Part shown: positions 40,765-53,992 of the stretch, one piece after another
How positions within the stretch are numbered: the first letter of the stretch is position 1
How the letters are laid out: the number at the start of each line of letters is the position of its first letter
Assembly: GCA_951406725.2 (NCBI GenBank)
Contig: OX597830.1
Coordinates: 49,724,001-49,788,000 of the forward strand
From: Octopus vulgaris
Lineage: Eukaryota
DNA length: 64,000 bases
Reading direction: 5' to 3'
Made by a program: the position numbers and the translations under genes
Notes under the pieces: model-generated
What the model was told of the DNA's origin: nothing
Seen by the model: the letters and a program-made list of their open reading frames with translations, nothing else
The model's database searches: none

Positions 40765-41065
40765 TGTACTTCTCGATTATTTTAGCCTATACAACGTGTA
40801 TCTTCATTATAGCTATTATTATGACAGATTGTACTCGCATTCACTTTACATTTCTTAAATGTTGATAATGTTAGTACCTTTCTTAAATTTTGGCTCACGG
40901 TCGTAAAGTCCCGGATTCGATTCCTGGTGGCGCATTGCGTCCTTCAGTGAGACACTTTATTACGGGTTGCTCCAGTCGACTCAAAAATAAGTTGAACCCA
41001 GAATTCGAAGGGCCATCCTTTTCACCTTCTGTATCAAGCCGAATTACTCTGAGAAATATATATAT

Positions 41066-41455
41066 TCTTTTACACTTTTACTTGTTTCAGTCCTTTGACT
41101 GCGGCCATGCTAGAGCACCGCCTTTAGTCGAGCAAATCGACCCCGGGACTTATTCTTTGTAAGCCCAGTACTTATTCGATCGGTCTCTTTTGCCGAACCG
41201 CTAAGTGACGGCGACGTAAACACACCACCATCGGTTGTCAAGCAATGCTAGGAGGACAAACACAGACACACAAACATGCACACACACACACATATATATA
41301 TACATATATACGACGGGCTTCTTTCAGTTTCCGTCTACCAAATCCACTCACAAGGCTTTGATCGGCCCAAGGCTATAGTAGAAGACACTTGACCAAGATG
41401 CCGGAACCATGTGGTTGGTAAGCAAGCTACTTACCACACAGCCACTCCTGCGCCT
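41066..41455 (-). mobile_element. SINE family A with small deletion in the head
   Basis: Reverse-strand homology with 8453-8866. Confidence 0.88.
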
Positions 41456-41466
41456 ATATATATATT

Positions 41467-41508
<42 letters not shown>

Positions 41509-41510
<2 letters not shown>

Positions 41511-41956
41511 GTCACTGTTGTTATAGTCCCAGGAAAACAGCGTTTCTGGCTGGCTATCGACACAAATTATGTGTCCGTATAATATTCGCAATGGAGGTCA
41601 TCGCTCCCATCCCCAGCCTTACGTGATACTCACATACCCGGGTTTCTAGGTAGTTGCCTGTCCTCAGTGTGAGACAATCACAGGCTAGCGACAAAAGCTT
41701 TCTCCATTTGAAATGCTATATATATTTTTAATCGACGCTGAGTCGCTGATCTCGTATAGAGAAAAAGCTACTTATTTTAAATCTGTGATTGCAGATATAC
41801 AGTAACAGTACCAAAGAGTAATGTTTATATGCCAACACAATGAGGCAGTCCCTTAAAGAACGATGTTCCTGTTGTTATAGCCACAGGAAAACATTTTACC
41901 AGCTAACTATCGTCACAGTTTGTGTCCGTATACTCTCGCTTCCATCCCTAGCCTTA
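41509..41956 (-). mobile_element. Retrozyme-like element, ~1.3 copies of a 354-bp unit, flanked by (TA)n
   Basis: Terminal redundancy (ctgttgttatag at 41515 and 41869); extensive nested inverted repeats; hammerhead at 41629-41673; homologous to 28429-28902. Confidence 0.78.
41629..41673 (-). ncRNA. Type I hammerhead ribozyme with canonical core
   Basis: CUCACA CUGAGGA c AGG-caacua-CCU a GAA ACCCGGGU A UGUGAG: 6-bp stem I extended by GUGAU/AUCAC, palindromic stem III, GUA triplet. Confidence 0.82.
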
Positions 41957-42194
41957 TATGTATGTATATATATATATATATATATAAGGGGTGAGAGAGT
42001 TGGTATGTGAAAACACGTGATTGGATGTATAAAAACAAAATAGAATGAAAAAACTACAGAAGATTTGTATTATATGGTTAAAAATATATTAAAATCGTCA
42101 TGTTAGGAAAATGATATAAAATTTTGGACGATTTTAATATATTTTATAACCATATAATACACATCTCCAGTAGTAGTTTTTTCATTTTATTTTG

Positions 42195-42238
<44 letters not shown>

Positions 42239-42303
42239 GTATGTATGTATATATGTATATATATATGCACATATGTATATATGTATATGAATATGTATGT
42301 ATG

Positions 42304-42364
<61 letters not shown>

Positions 42365-42377
42365 ATATATATATATA

Positions 42378-43991
42378 CTATCTCACAGAAATATGTACAT
42401 CCCTAAAAAAATTTCAATAAAATTTCCATTACTCTGGTAATATCGAAGGAAATCAAACGAAATTGATCCTGAATAAAATATATCATACACACAAACCTTA
42501 TACAAATTTGGAACACAAAACAATAAACATTTTCAAAGATATGAACGAAATATCAATTTTCAAACATTACAAAATTATATACACCCTAAAGGAAATTTGC
42601 TATATTCAGTATTTTATTCCCTTTTTTTTTTACTAAAATCAGATATTGCTGATAATTTCAATTCTAATAAATCATTTCTCCGGGCCTTTTTCGCACCGGT
42701 AATTGTTATTGCATCTGCAGAAATTCTGATGTGTGTACCGTGGTGAAAAATCTTCATTGTGGCACAAAACGAAAAAGTTGTCTGAAGATTTGAAGAAAAT
42801 TATTTTTAATTTGCACAAGAATGGTATAGAATACAAGTTAATTAGCAAACGAGTACATATTAGCGTAAACGCAGTTGCAAAAGTAATTCACAAGTACAAA
42901 GCTACTGGACGACTAAGGAATAAAACATTGTCCAGTCTGTCCTTCTATTTTAACTGCGCGTGGTATTTGCCACAACTAACGATGCGTGATGGGCGACAGG
43001 CGTCGTACCGCTTCCTCTTTGGCCCAAGTAGTGTCTTCTGTTAGTAGAAAGAGCGTATCTGCCCTAACAGTCCACCGAAGTTTGAACCAATGTGGTCTTC
43101 ATGGACCTATTCCTCGGAGGAAGTCTCCACTCAATACCAGGCATAAATCAAGTCGTCTTTCATTTGCTGATACCTAGGTATGAGTAAAGGGAAGGAGTTT
43201 TGAAATAAAATTCTTTTCTCTACCGAGACTAAAATCAACTTGTTTGAGTCAGATGGTATTAAACGAGTATGGCGACGACCAGGTGAAGATAATAGCGACA
43301 AATGCACCGTGCCTACCGTGAAACATGGTGTCGGATTCTGTTATGCTTTGGGGATACAAGAATGCAGCTGGTGTGGGAGGACTCACATTTATTGAGAGAT
43401 CAGTGGACTCAAGGCTTTATTGTGACATATTGCAGAAGACAATGTTGAAAAGCATCAAGAGCCAAGGAAGACATCCCATGGTCCAACATGATAATGACCC
43501 TAAACACACTTCAGAGAAAACGACAAAATTTTCATCAGATCAAAAAGTAAAGACCTTCGCCTACCATGACACCTGATTTAATCCCAATGGAACATCTGTA
43601 GGGTGTTTTGGGAAGAAAGGGTGGGGAGAAAAAACCCCGCAATGTAACACAGTTGCAAGACAGCATTCAGGATGAATGGGGGTCGATTTCATCGGTTATA
43701 TGCAGAAATTTAATCGCCTCTACGCCCAGAAGATTTAATGCAGTCATTAAAAGCAAAGGCAATCACACTAGATATTGACTAGAGGAAATAATACGTTAGG
43801 GTTTACGTATTTTTGTATCGTTTGAAAGTATTACGTTTATATCTTTCAAAATGTTTATTGTTTTGTGCTCCAAATTTGTATAAAATATGCACATATAATA
43901 TATTTTATTCAGTATAAATTTCGTTTGACTTTCTTCGATACTATTATAGTAATGGCAATTTTACTGAATTTTTTTTTAGGCGTGTACATAC

Positions 43992-43997
<6 letters not shown>
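42378..43997 (+). mobile_element. Tc1-family DNA transposon, IR/DR type with ~200-bp TIRs, defective
   Basis: TIRs ~42385-42589 and ~43796-43997, each with outer and inner tatgtaca(t/c)cccta-like direct repeats; embedded in (TA)n. Confidence 0.92.
42757..43778 (+). pseudogene. Tc1-like transposase pseudogene
   Basis: KKLSEDLKKII (HTH region), ILFSTETK, VWRRPG, PTVKHG, VMLWG, QHDNDPKHT, PDL/PMEHL, KGNHTRY*; several stops and frameshifts. Confidence 0.92.
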
Positions 43998-44051
<54 letters not shown>

Positions 44052-44209
44052 TTGCTATTATGTTGAACTGTCGTATGTCCAAATTTGGCCAATTGCAGAT
44101 TCCAAGGTATCAAAATTTGTCAAAATGTAGTACAACGGTTTTGCTATGGAATGGTGACTATTTTTTCGTTTTCTGGAAAATTTATGTTTTGGACTTAGGA
44201 CACTTTTGC

Positions 44210-44392
44210 ATCGCAACGATACCCACTAGTTTTATTCATTCTCTTTTTGTTTATTTCCTCGTGTTCTTTTCTGTTGAAGAGCGTAGGCTCGAAACTTAAA
44301 AAACTTTCTCACCTTCCCGAGCGTCAAAGTAATACATCTGCTTGTTGTTTATACACCTGTCTTCGTCTTTTGTTTTTCTGTAAATTTCAACT
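44210..44392 (+). mobile_element. Penelope-like terminal fragment with variant hammerhead (44267-44302), ending in (TA)n
   Basis: ttttCTGTTGAagagcgtaggctcGAAACTTaaaaa; the stem III palindrome is mutated. Confidence 0.65.
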
Positions 44393-44559
44393 ATATATAT
44401 ATATATGTGTGTGTGTGAGTGTGTGTGTGAGTGTGTGTGTGTGAGTGTGTGTGTGTGTATGTGTGTGTGAGTGTGTGTTTGTGTATTATTTGAAAACAAC
44501 TTACAGATAACAGTTGTAAGCTCCTCTTATTGGACACTCGCAGACGAATGGGTTCATCG

Positions 44560-45690
44560 GAAAAGAATGTGCACCATTCCACTCTATATCATTACTGTGC
44601 ACCACCCGCTTCACTGGGATGAGGCTCATTTTCTATATCAACTGACTATTAACCTTAACTCAATATTCTTAATATTCTTGCACTCATTGCTCACCGTATC
44701 CAGTGGCTTGCCTTCTCCACTGTAACATTACGCATGATGGTAATTGCTTAAGGCTGTGTTAAGCCGAGCGGACAACATCCACTGCCTCATAACACTTCCA
44801 ATCCTCTTTATCAAAATACGGTTTGGTAATGCTAGCATTATATTCTAGATAATGTTCTCAGGAGACAGGCGCATTTTCCAATTATTCTACCGCAGGTCAC
44901 TCACTATATTACACAAAAGCGAAATCTTTCTACTTAATCACTCTTCTGAGGGAATTTTAACGAGTCGTCATAAGTTCTGCAAATCTTTCTTTTATCTCAA
45001 ACCTTTTTTAATTTTTACTCCTCGTTACTAATTATAATTCTCCAACACACGACCCTCCTTCTCCTTTCTTACTAATGCGCCATACTTCCCCTGCTACTCC
45101 ATTGACTTGTATATGTTTTCCATTTGAAACGGCATATCTCGCTATTGACGTTCATTAATAACGTCTTCCCAGATCATTATGTAACTGATTCGCTATTACA
45201 GAAGCGATTATCCATCCTCTGTCTGTTTCTCATTAACTGATATCTTCATTCCACTATTTTCCCTCTAATCCTCCAAATCGTCCCGCTAATCCTTCTCTTT
45301 CCACGAAAACGTTTCTTACTTACTCAAACTCCATTCTCTATAAAACTCCATATCTCTCAAAACTGCTATGAAACACACGTTTGCTATGTTCATCTGATGA
45401 GTTGATCTGGCTTCGTCTAACAAATCCATTGGAATTCATGTTATTCTGCACACCTACGGCATCATAGGTATTTATTTATTATGGATGAACATGGTTACGG
45501 CGAAAGCCATGATGCTCGGAAACAACTGTCAAGATATGACTCGTAATTTCATTTTCACGTACTCTGAGTTTTGTATTCGATAAAATTATATGAATTAAGC
45601 CCACAAGTATTTCTTCCCCAATACTAGCACCGCAACGTTCTTTCTCATTGCTAATGACCTCATCTATCCGAGCACTATGTAGATACATAT
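44560..45690 (+). mobile_element. Possible decayed Penelope-like element 3' region
   Basis: CT-rich strand-biased tract; SEIFLLNHSSEGILTSRHKF only loosely resembles the PLE GIY-YIG C-terminus. Confidence 0.25.
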
Positions 45691-45713
45691 ACCACACTTA
45701 TTACACACACACA

Positions 45714-45802
<89 letters not shown>

Positions 45803-45804
45803 TT

Positions 45805-46025
45805 ATTTACTACCCACAAGAGGATAAACATAGGGGGGACAGACAAGGACAGACAAAGGGATTAAATTGATTACATTGACCCCAGTGCGAAACTGGTACT
45901 TTATTTATCGACCCAGAAAGGATGAAAGGCAAAGTCGAACTCGGCGGAATTTGAACTTAGAACGTAACGACAGACGAAATACCGTAAAGCATTTCGCCTG
46001 GCGCGCTAACGTTTCTACCAACTCG

Positions 46026-46028
<3 letters not shown>
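45805..46028 (-). mobile_element. SINE family B
   Basis: Reverse-strand homology with 4435-4649. Confidence 0.85.
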
Positions 46029-46083
<55 letters not shown>

Positions 46084-46087
46084 ATGC

Positions 46088-46139
<52 letters not shown>

Positions 46140-46228
46140 AGTTAATCCAAACATGAAAACACAACAACGCGAGGACATGGAACAAGTATAGTATTATTGG
46201 ACGCTCAGGAAAGAAGGAAAGAAGGAGG

Positions 46229-46263
46229 ATTTAACGTTTCGAGCGGAGCTCTTCGTCAGAAAC
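46229..46263 (-). ncRNA. Minimal type I hammerhead in a Penelope-like terminal fragment (~46137-46335)
   Basis: GUUU CUGACGA a GAGC-ucc-GCUC GAA ACGU U AAAU. Confidence 0.72.
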
Positions 46264-46344
46264 ATAGGAAAAGGAAAGATTCAAGGAAGGGAAGACGGAG
46301 GAAAAAAATCGCCAACGATACACACGCGGTCTCATTTTGAATAT

Positions 46345-46569
46345 ATCATATTCTCTTTTATTTTTCTCTCTTTTTTCTTGTTTCAGACATTTGACTGCGG
46401 CCATGCTGGAGCACCACCTTTAGTCGAGCAAATCGACCCCGGGACTTATTCTTTGTAAGCCCAGTACTTATTCTATCGGTCTCTTTTCCCGAACCGCTAA
46501 GTGACGGGGACGTAAACACACCAGCATCGGTTGTCAAGCAATGCTAGGGGCACAAACACAGGCACACAA

Positions 46570-46650
<81 letters not shown>

Positions 46651-46809
46651 TACGACAGGCTTCTTTCAGTTTCCGTCTACCAAATCCACTCACAAGGCAT
46701 TGGTCGGCTCGGGGCTATAGCAGAGGACACTTCCCCAAGATGCCACGCAGTGGGACTGAACCCGGAACCATGTGGTTGGTTAGCAAGCTACTTACTGCTC
46801 AGCCACTCA
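46345..46809 (-). mobile_element. SINE family A
   Basis: Reverse-strand homology with 8453-8866. Confidence 0.88.
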
Positions 46810-46969
46810 TATATATTATATATATATAATTCTTATATCCTTTCACTTGTTTCACTGTGGTTTTGCTGAAACACGCCTTAAAGGGTTATAGTCAAAGAAA
46901 TAGACCCTAGGACTTATTCTTTGTAAGCCTTGTACTTATTTTATCGGTTTCTTTACGGGAACATAAACA

Positions 46970-47139
46970 TAGGAGTAGCTGTGTAGTTAGTAGATTGCTT
47001 ACCAACCACATGGTTCTGGGTTCAATCCCACTGCGTGGCACCTTTGGCAAGTGTCTTCTACTATACTCTCAGGTCAACCAAAACCTTGTGGGTGAATTTA
47101 GTAGACAGAAACTGAAAGAAGCCCGTCTTATACATACAC

Positions 47140-47193
<54 letters not shown>

Positions 47194-47400
47194 GTGTGTG
47201 TATATGTTGTGTATCTGCGTTTGTCCCCCCAACATCGCTTGACAACCGATGCTGGTGTGTTTAGTTCCCCGTAACTTAGCGGTTCGGCAAAAGCGACCGA
47301 TAGAATAAGTACTAGGCTTACAAAGAACACGTCCTGGGATTCAACTAAAGGCGGTGCTCCAGCATGGCCGCAGTCAAATGACTGAAACGAATAAAAGCAA
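46970..47400 (+). mobile_element. SINE family A
   Basis: Colinear homology with 8453-8866. Confidence 0.88.
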
Positions 47401-47440
47401 AAAATATATATTTGTGTGAATGTATGTATGTATGTGTATG

Positions 47441-47476
<36 letters not shown>

Positions 47477-47477
47477 T

Positions 47478-47520
<43 letters not shown>

Positions 47521-47709
47521 TGTATTCACTTGGGTAATGTTTACATTATGTCCTGATTAAGGTTCACAGTTTCTGTCTACTAAATCCACTGATAACGTCT
47601 TGGTCGGCTCGAGCTACAGTCGAAGACACCTAGCCAAGGTGCCACGCTGCAGGACTGAACCTGGAGCCTTGTTAAACATGCTGTGCGCGTGTGTCCGTGT
47701 GTGCGTCCA

Positions 47710-47778
<69 letters not shown>

Positions 47779-49085
47779 ATGTGTTTGTGTTTTTGTGTGT
47801 GTATGTGTGTGTGTGTGGTATGATTTTCAACAAGTAGTATTGCACTCAATCAGTTAAGAGAGTAAAGATAAAATTTTTCATTAATATCCACAAAACCCCT
47901 GGTAGAAACTATCTACCTATAGTTTCTTGACCAAAATTTCTATTTCACCATTTATGAAGTTGATAAAAACAGGATAGAATAAATACCTTGGAACAAGATT
48001 TATTTTCCTCATCTGATGCACATTATAAACCATTCCAGTGTTGGTTTATATAATTTATATAATTTTTGATATTCGTACGACATTCGTTTTATTTACTGCG
48101 TTGTTAATTACCTGCCCTTGATTTTTCGCTATCTTTTTCTCAATGTAGGAGCTGATTCAAACGACGATTGGACGAAGGCAGTTACCAAACAGTCTTGTTT
48201 TTATCTGCGTGATAAATGGCGCAATAAATTGATGTGTCGGCCAGGAATGGCTGGATAGCTGTATTGCATAACGCGTTTTGTAGTTTTTTATCATTTACAT
48301 AAACATACATGCAAAAATGATTTATACATATACACATTATGTATATGTATATATATATATACACACATACTTGCGTATATATACATATATATACACACAC
48401 ACACACGCACATATATATATATATACATATATACATGTATATATACATCCATATATATTCATATATATATATGTGTACGTAAATACATATATATATATAT
48501 ACAAACAGGCACACACATGCAGGCATATATATATACATTTATATACACGCATAAACACACATTCACATACACACACAAACATATATATACACATACTCAC
48601 ATATCCATATATATATATATATATGAATTTATATTTTTATACAGGTTATCATCTATGTCATATATTTTCTCATGAGTTTTCATTTAATGAATATTTTTAA
48701 TTACCCATATCAGCCAGTTTATCTTTATAGATGCCGTTTTAGTTATTTTTCTCGCCTTTTCAGATTCACAAATTATTTTTCTCTATTCGTTGTTCATCAC
48801 CCATTCATCTATCATTCCATTACAGTAGCGTTTATCATTGTCCCATCATTTTTATTAAGCAGCTTCCTATCAATCTTTTATTCGACAGAGATTTAAATTA
48901 TTCACTGAATATGGATTCTTGTAAGGAACTGTATGCGTAAGTACATGGGTCACATGTTCGCTGCTGTACTTGTATGTATATATGAATATGGAAAGAGTAT
49001 AATCATGAATCGGAGGTACACGAATACACTTCTATGTTCTATTTTCATATTTTTTATGAACGTTCATGAATTTATTGATATTTAC

Positions 49086-49132
<47 letters not shown>

Positions 49133-49271
49133 TAAAAGGAATTCCAGCCTTGTCTGATCTTCACGTTTTATTTACAATCTTATAATGATATAATATGATA
49201 TAATATAATATAATAAAATAAAATAAAATAAAATAAAATAAAATAATAGAATATTAAATGTTCACTCTGAT

Positions 49272-49316
49272 TGAACTAGCACTTTCATGCATTAAATTCT
49301 GCAATCTTCAGCTTCA
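49272..49316 (-). ncRNA. Partly degenerate type I hammerhead motif in a (TA)n-bounded ~300-bp insert
   Basis: UGAAg CUGAAGA u UGCA-gaauuuaa-UGCA u GAA AGUGCU A gUUCA; G-G mismatch at the base of stem I. Confidence 0.5.
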
Positions 49317-49440
49317 TGGAGTTGTGGTGACAGTCATGCTTCGCAATTTTTGACTGTAGCGAGATGATTGAATCTGTGCTTTAAATACAGCTGTGTAGGC
49401 TCCAGATGCTAGGTTTTTCAAACTGTATTCTGACCAATCA

Positions 49441-49508
<68 letters not shown>

Positions 49509-49877
49509 CACCCGATAAAATCAAGTTTTTTACCCAAACGCCAACGTGGAATATACAGGAATATGCAGGAATACGATGAGTTCCTTACAGTGTCTGATCA
49601 AAATCTAATATAATATACAAATTTTGTTGAGTATCTCTTTTCTGGGGCAAGTTACATATATATATATATATATATATATATGAGCACATATATATGTCTG
49701 TGTATATACGTATAGCAATATATGCATACATACACTCACGCAAACACACACATGTAGAGAGTTAGTCAAACAGACAGACATATTGATAGATCAATCGACA
49801 GATAGATTGATAGACAGATAAATAGATAGGCAGATAGATAGATACATAGATAGGTATGAAGGTAAATAGATAGATAA

Positions 49878-50185
49878 ATTTCTTTATTGGTCACACAGGG
49901 CTAGACACAGAGGGGACAATTACAATGTAGAGTTTTTCTTTTTGAGCGGGGCGAAAACAAAGTAAAAAAAAAAACAAAAATAGGGACAACGATCAAAATG
50001 GATAGAAATCGTTGGGGATATATGCAAAAAATGTCGAAATAGTACAAAAGTTCCCAAGAAATGGGGAGGTTTATCTGTGGAAAGTAAAACCTACGAAAAG
50101 ACCACAGTAACCTCGGGCAATTAGGTTACATATAAACATATTTATTTACAAAATAAGTAACTCTCTGTTTTAAATTTTTACGGTT
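49878..50185 (-). mobile_element. 3' UTR of a LINE-like element whose aataaagaaa end abuts (GATA)n
   Basis: tttctttattggtcacacagggc end shared with 57270-57441 (+) and 63095-63258 (-). Confidence 0.6.
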
Positions 50186-50485
50186 CATAGGATTCGTGGA
50201 GCTTTAGGTGTTTTTGCTCAATAAACACCCACAATACCCGGTCTGGGATTTGAAACCGTGATCCATATCCATTTTTATCCCTAACAGTGGTTTGGACTTT
50301 AACTGTTCCATCTAGCGTGAAAGGAATCCTATGATGGATACCTCTAATGTGTTTAAATGTACACTGTATTTATATGAATAATATATAGTCTATTGACTAA
50401 TTTTTCTACGCGCTAGGCCACAGGTAGTAAAAATTTCTAAAATCTTTATTACCCTGATATTATTAATTATATATACATATATACA

Positions 50486-50531
<46 letters not shown>

Positions 50532-50557
50532 TGTGTGTTTGGCTGTGTGTGAGTGCA

Positions 50558-50617
<60 letters not shown>

Positions 50618-51251
50618 CATACACATACATATACAGCAGATCCTTCGGACAACAGTTTTACCTTATACCATAGTAATTAATTAATACACGTGATCTGCAT
50701 TAGGAGAAGCACCTGACCCCAAATAGAATTGTGTTAACGCGACAAATTAAACCGTATGTGTGTGTGTGTGTGTGTTTGCATGTGTGTGTTTGTGTAAATA
50801 TGCATTTGTATATATACAAAGATACACAGGCATACATAGATAATGGTGATGACGACAACGTTGTTATTAGATTTTGACAAAAGTGAAAGGAAAACCCGAT
50901 CCTTATTAAAGAAAGAGAAAACGGTAAACTACACCAAAGACTATTTGGACTTTAATAAGTTGTTTTTTTTTAAATTCTATAGATATTTTGACAAGTCTAT
51001 CAAGAATCATAGCGTTAAATGAATTCATTCGAAATGACAGTGTAAAAAACTGTCTCGTTTTGTTTAGCTATATTTTGTTCTGCTTCGGTGATTTCTTGGA
51101 GTTAAATCAAGCAGACAACTTCCCAAACATTTATCGAGCGAATGAAATTTTTGATGATCAAGAGAAAAAGTTTCAGATTGTTTTTGTTCCGTAAATGATA
51201 AGAATGTTAGTTAATAGAACTAGCTTCTACTTTTTCCATGATGACATTTAC

Positions 51252-51435
51252 CTGGGCATTGACAAGAACCTGTCCTATTTTGGGACAACAACGTGAAATT
51301 TTGTTTTGATTGTCACGTATCTGAAACAGATGGTATTTTCTAGTGGAACTTGTTGGTTGTTTGCCAGACAGAGAATATGCTGACTGGTTTGTGTCTTTAA
51401 GCGAAGGGTAAAAATACATCGACATTTTGGTTAAC
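51252..51435 (-). CDS. Candidate exon of an unidentified gene
   Basis: ttttctccgccAG|G at 51435 and CAG|GTAAAT at 51252; one frame open throughout with aaaATG at 51425 (58 codons to the donor); no recognisable domain. Confidence 0.25.
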
Positions 51436-51932
51436 CTGGCGGAGAAAATTCTCTCCCTCTCTCTCCTCTCTGTCTCCGTCTGTCTCTCTCTGTCTCTCTG
51501 TCTCTACCACTGTCTCTGTCCACGTCTCTGTCTCTCTGTCTCTCTCTTTCTCTGTATGGCGTAAAGAGTTCGCGACGCAACTATGAGTTCCAGAGTTTGC
51601 TTCCACTGTTGTGACATTATGGCGAAGTGTATTTTAACAAAGCCTCAATACCAGCTGGCTTATCAGGAAAAACTGTACAGAAACCAGTCATATGGACTTT
51701 ATCTGTAATTCACAGATCGAACCTTGTCTTGCTGATTTTACCTGAAGATAATTGGTAAACGCATGAGTGGAATACCACAAACACTTAAATGCTAATTCAG
51801 TGGGCGGGTAATCCAGCGGGATGAACAACTGTATACACCTCGTCAGTTTTTGACGCTACATGTTAACACTCTCTACCACCAACAACACATCTTCTATCTT
51901 AATCACACCCCTCTCATAATCATACATTTATA

Positions 51933-52446
51933 CCGTAAATCCTCGAATATAATCCGCATTTTCCCCCCAAATTTAAAGGTCAAAGTCCCTAGTGCGTACT
52001 ATATAGGAGGTTAAAAATGAAAAATATTTTCTAAGCAATGTCCGTGTCTCTATTTGCTGTCCGGCAATGTTTATTCAGACGCATTTTGTGATGTCGGGCG
52101 CGAAAATACCTTAAGCTCAGCCTGAAAGCAATGAAGTCATAAAAGAATCATCCATAACTTGCAGTAAGCAACATTTATTAAACGTCATTACTGTTATTTA
52201 TTTATTTTCTGCAAACAAAATGCACAAAAAAGCTACACGTTTGCATTATGTTATATATACAATAATAATAATAAAAGACGTTACCGTATACAGTTTTACA
52301 AACTAAGGACGTTATATAAACCTCCTTGACCCAAGTGAGAGAAGGAGTGCGTATTATACACAAGGTTTAGGTTTTTCAGAGGTACAGCCCCCCAAAAATC
52401 CCCTGCGTATTATACTCAAGGGCGGACTATACTCGAGGATTTACGG
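51933..52446. mobile_element. Non-autonomous Tc1/mariner-superfamily MITE (CCGTA ends, Tc2/pogo-like)
   Basis: 25-bp TIRs ccgtaaatcctcga(a/g)tata(a/g)tccgc; TA duplication at 51931-51932 and 52447-52448. Confidence 0.88.
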
Positions 52447-52898
52447 TATTCTTTATCTAATTTCATCTTCACTAACACGCTTACTTATACGCACATACAC
52501 GCATATACACACATTACCTGTTAATCTATGCAACCCTGAGTTTAGACCGCAACTTCTGTCTAATTCATGCTATCGAACCGAAAACCTGGTCTCGTTTTCT
52601 GCTAAGTTTAGGGAACGAGATCGAATCCAGGTCTACTTTTATTTGTGATACAGCTAATGTATTTTCTAACATTAAATTTTGTCGTCCCAATGAAGTTTAG
52701 CTTTCGCAAACAATGATAATTAACGAGTAAACACGTAATGATCGAGCATGAAACACGTATAAAACATTAGTAAAATGCGTCTGAAAAACGTAATAAACGC
52801 GTTCAGAAAACGCAAAATACGCGCATGAAATACACACACGCACACACACATACGTATGTGTGTTTAATGTGTGTGTTATATGCATGTATATATATATG

Positions 52899-52944
<46 letters not shown>

Positions 52945-52964
52945 TACACACATATATGTACATA

Positions 52965-53002
<38 letters not shown>

Positions 53003-53019
53003 CATATATATACATATAT

Positions 53020-53137
<118 letters not shown>

Positions 53138-53849
53138 CCTTGTCAAACAAAAGCGTGTAATAAAATATATTAAATTTGTAAAAAAAAAGCATACAGAAGA
53201 GCACGTATAAATGACGCATTAAGCGTAAGAAAACACGTTGGAAATTTATTAAAAGGACTGATTTAGCACGAATAAAACACACAAAATCATGTAGGAAACA
53301 TGGCCAAAACATACAAGACACACTCACTTGCAGCAGATATGAACCATGTTTAAACAATACATATATAAAAAACAAAAAAAAAAGACATATAAACTAAAGA
53401 TGGCGAAGGAAAGGATGGAGAAAATATTTGTAAGGCAAGTCATGTAAATAATTAACGCGTGGTAAACAAACAGGCTTGGAGACGAAATGAAAATAAATGT
53501 AGACATTTATTTCTGTTTTAATAAAGCTGACTGCGTGTCGAAGATGTTAAACTAATTACCAATATTGACAATATTGTTTGGGAGTTGGAAAGCGATGACA
53601 AGTGAAGTGTAGAATTATATATTTATACCAGTGATGTGACCTTTAGTTTGAGAGCGGGATTACAGCAGAGGCGACATTTTGTGGGGGGGGGGGTTCTGGT
53701 CTTTTTGCTTTTTTTTACTGATATTTCACTTCAAACGGGACCATGCTCCTACATATGGAGTTTTGTGTGTATGTATGTATGTGTGTGTGTATGTGTGTGT
53801 GTGTGTGTGCATGTGTGTTAATAGATAGATAGAGATAGAGATAGAGAGG

Positions 53850-53992
<143 letters not shown>

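Noticed and set aside
45385-45535. CTGATGA...GAAA as a hammerhead
   Set aside because: No consistent stems I-III; the flank instead pairs as atgttcatc/gatgaacat, burying the start of the core.
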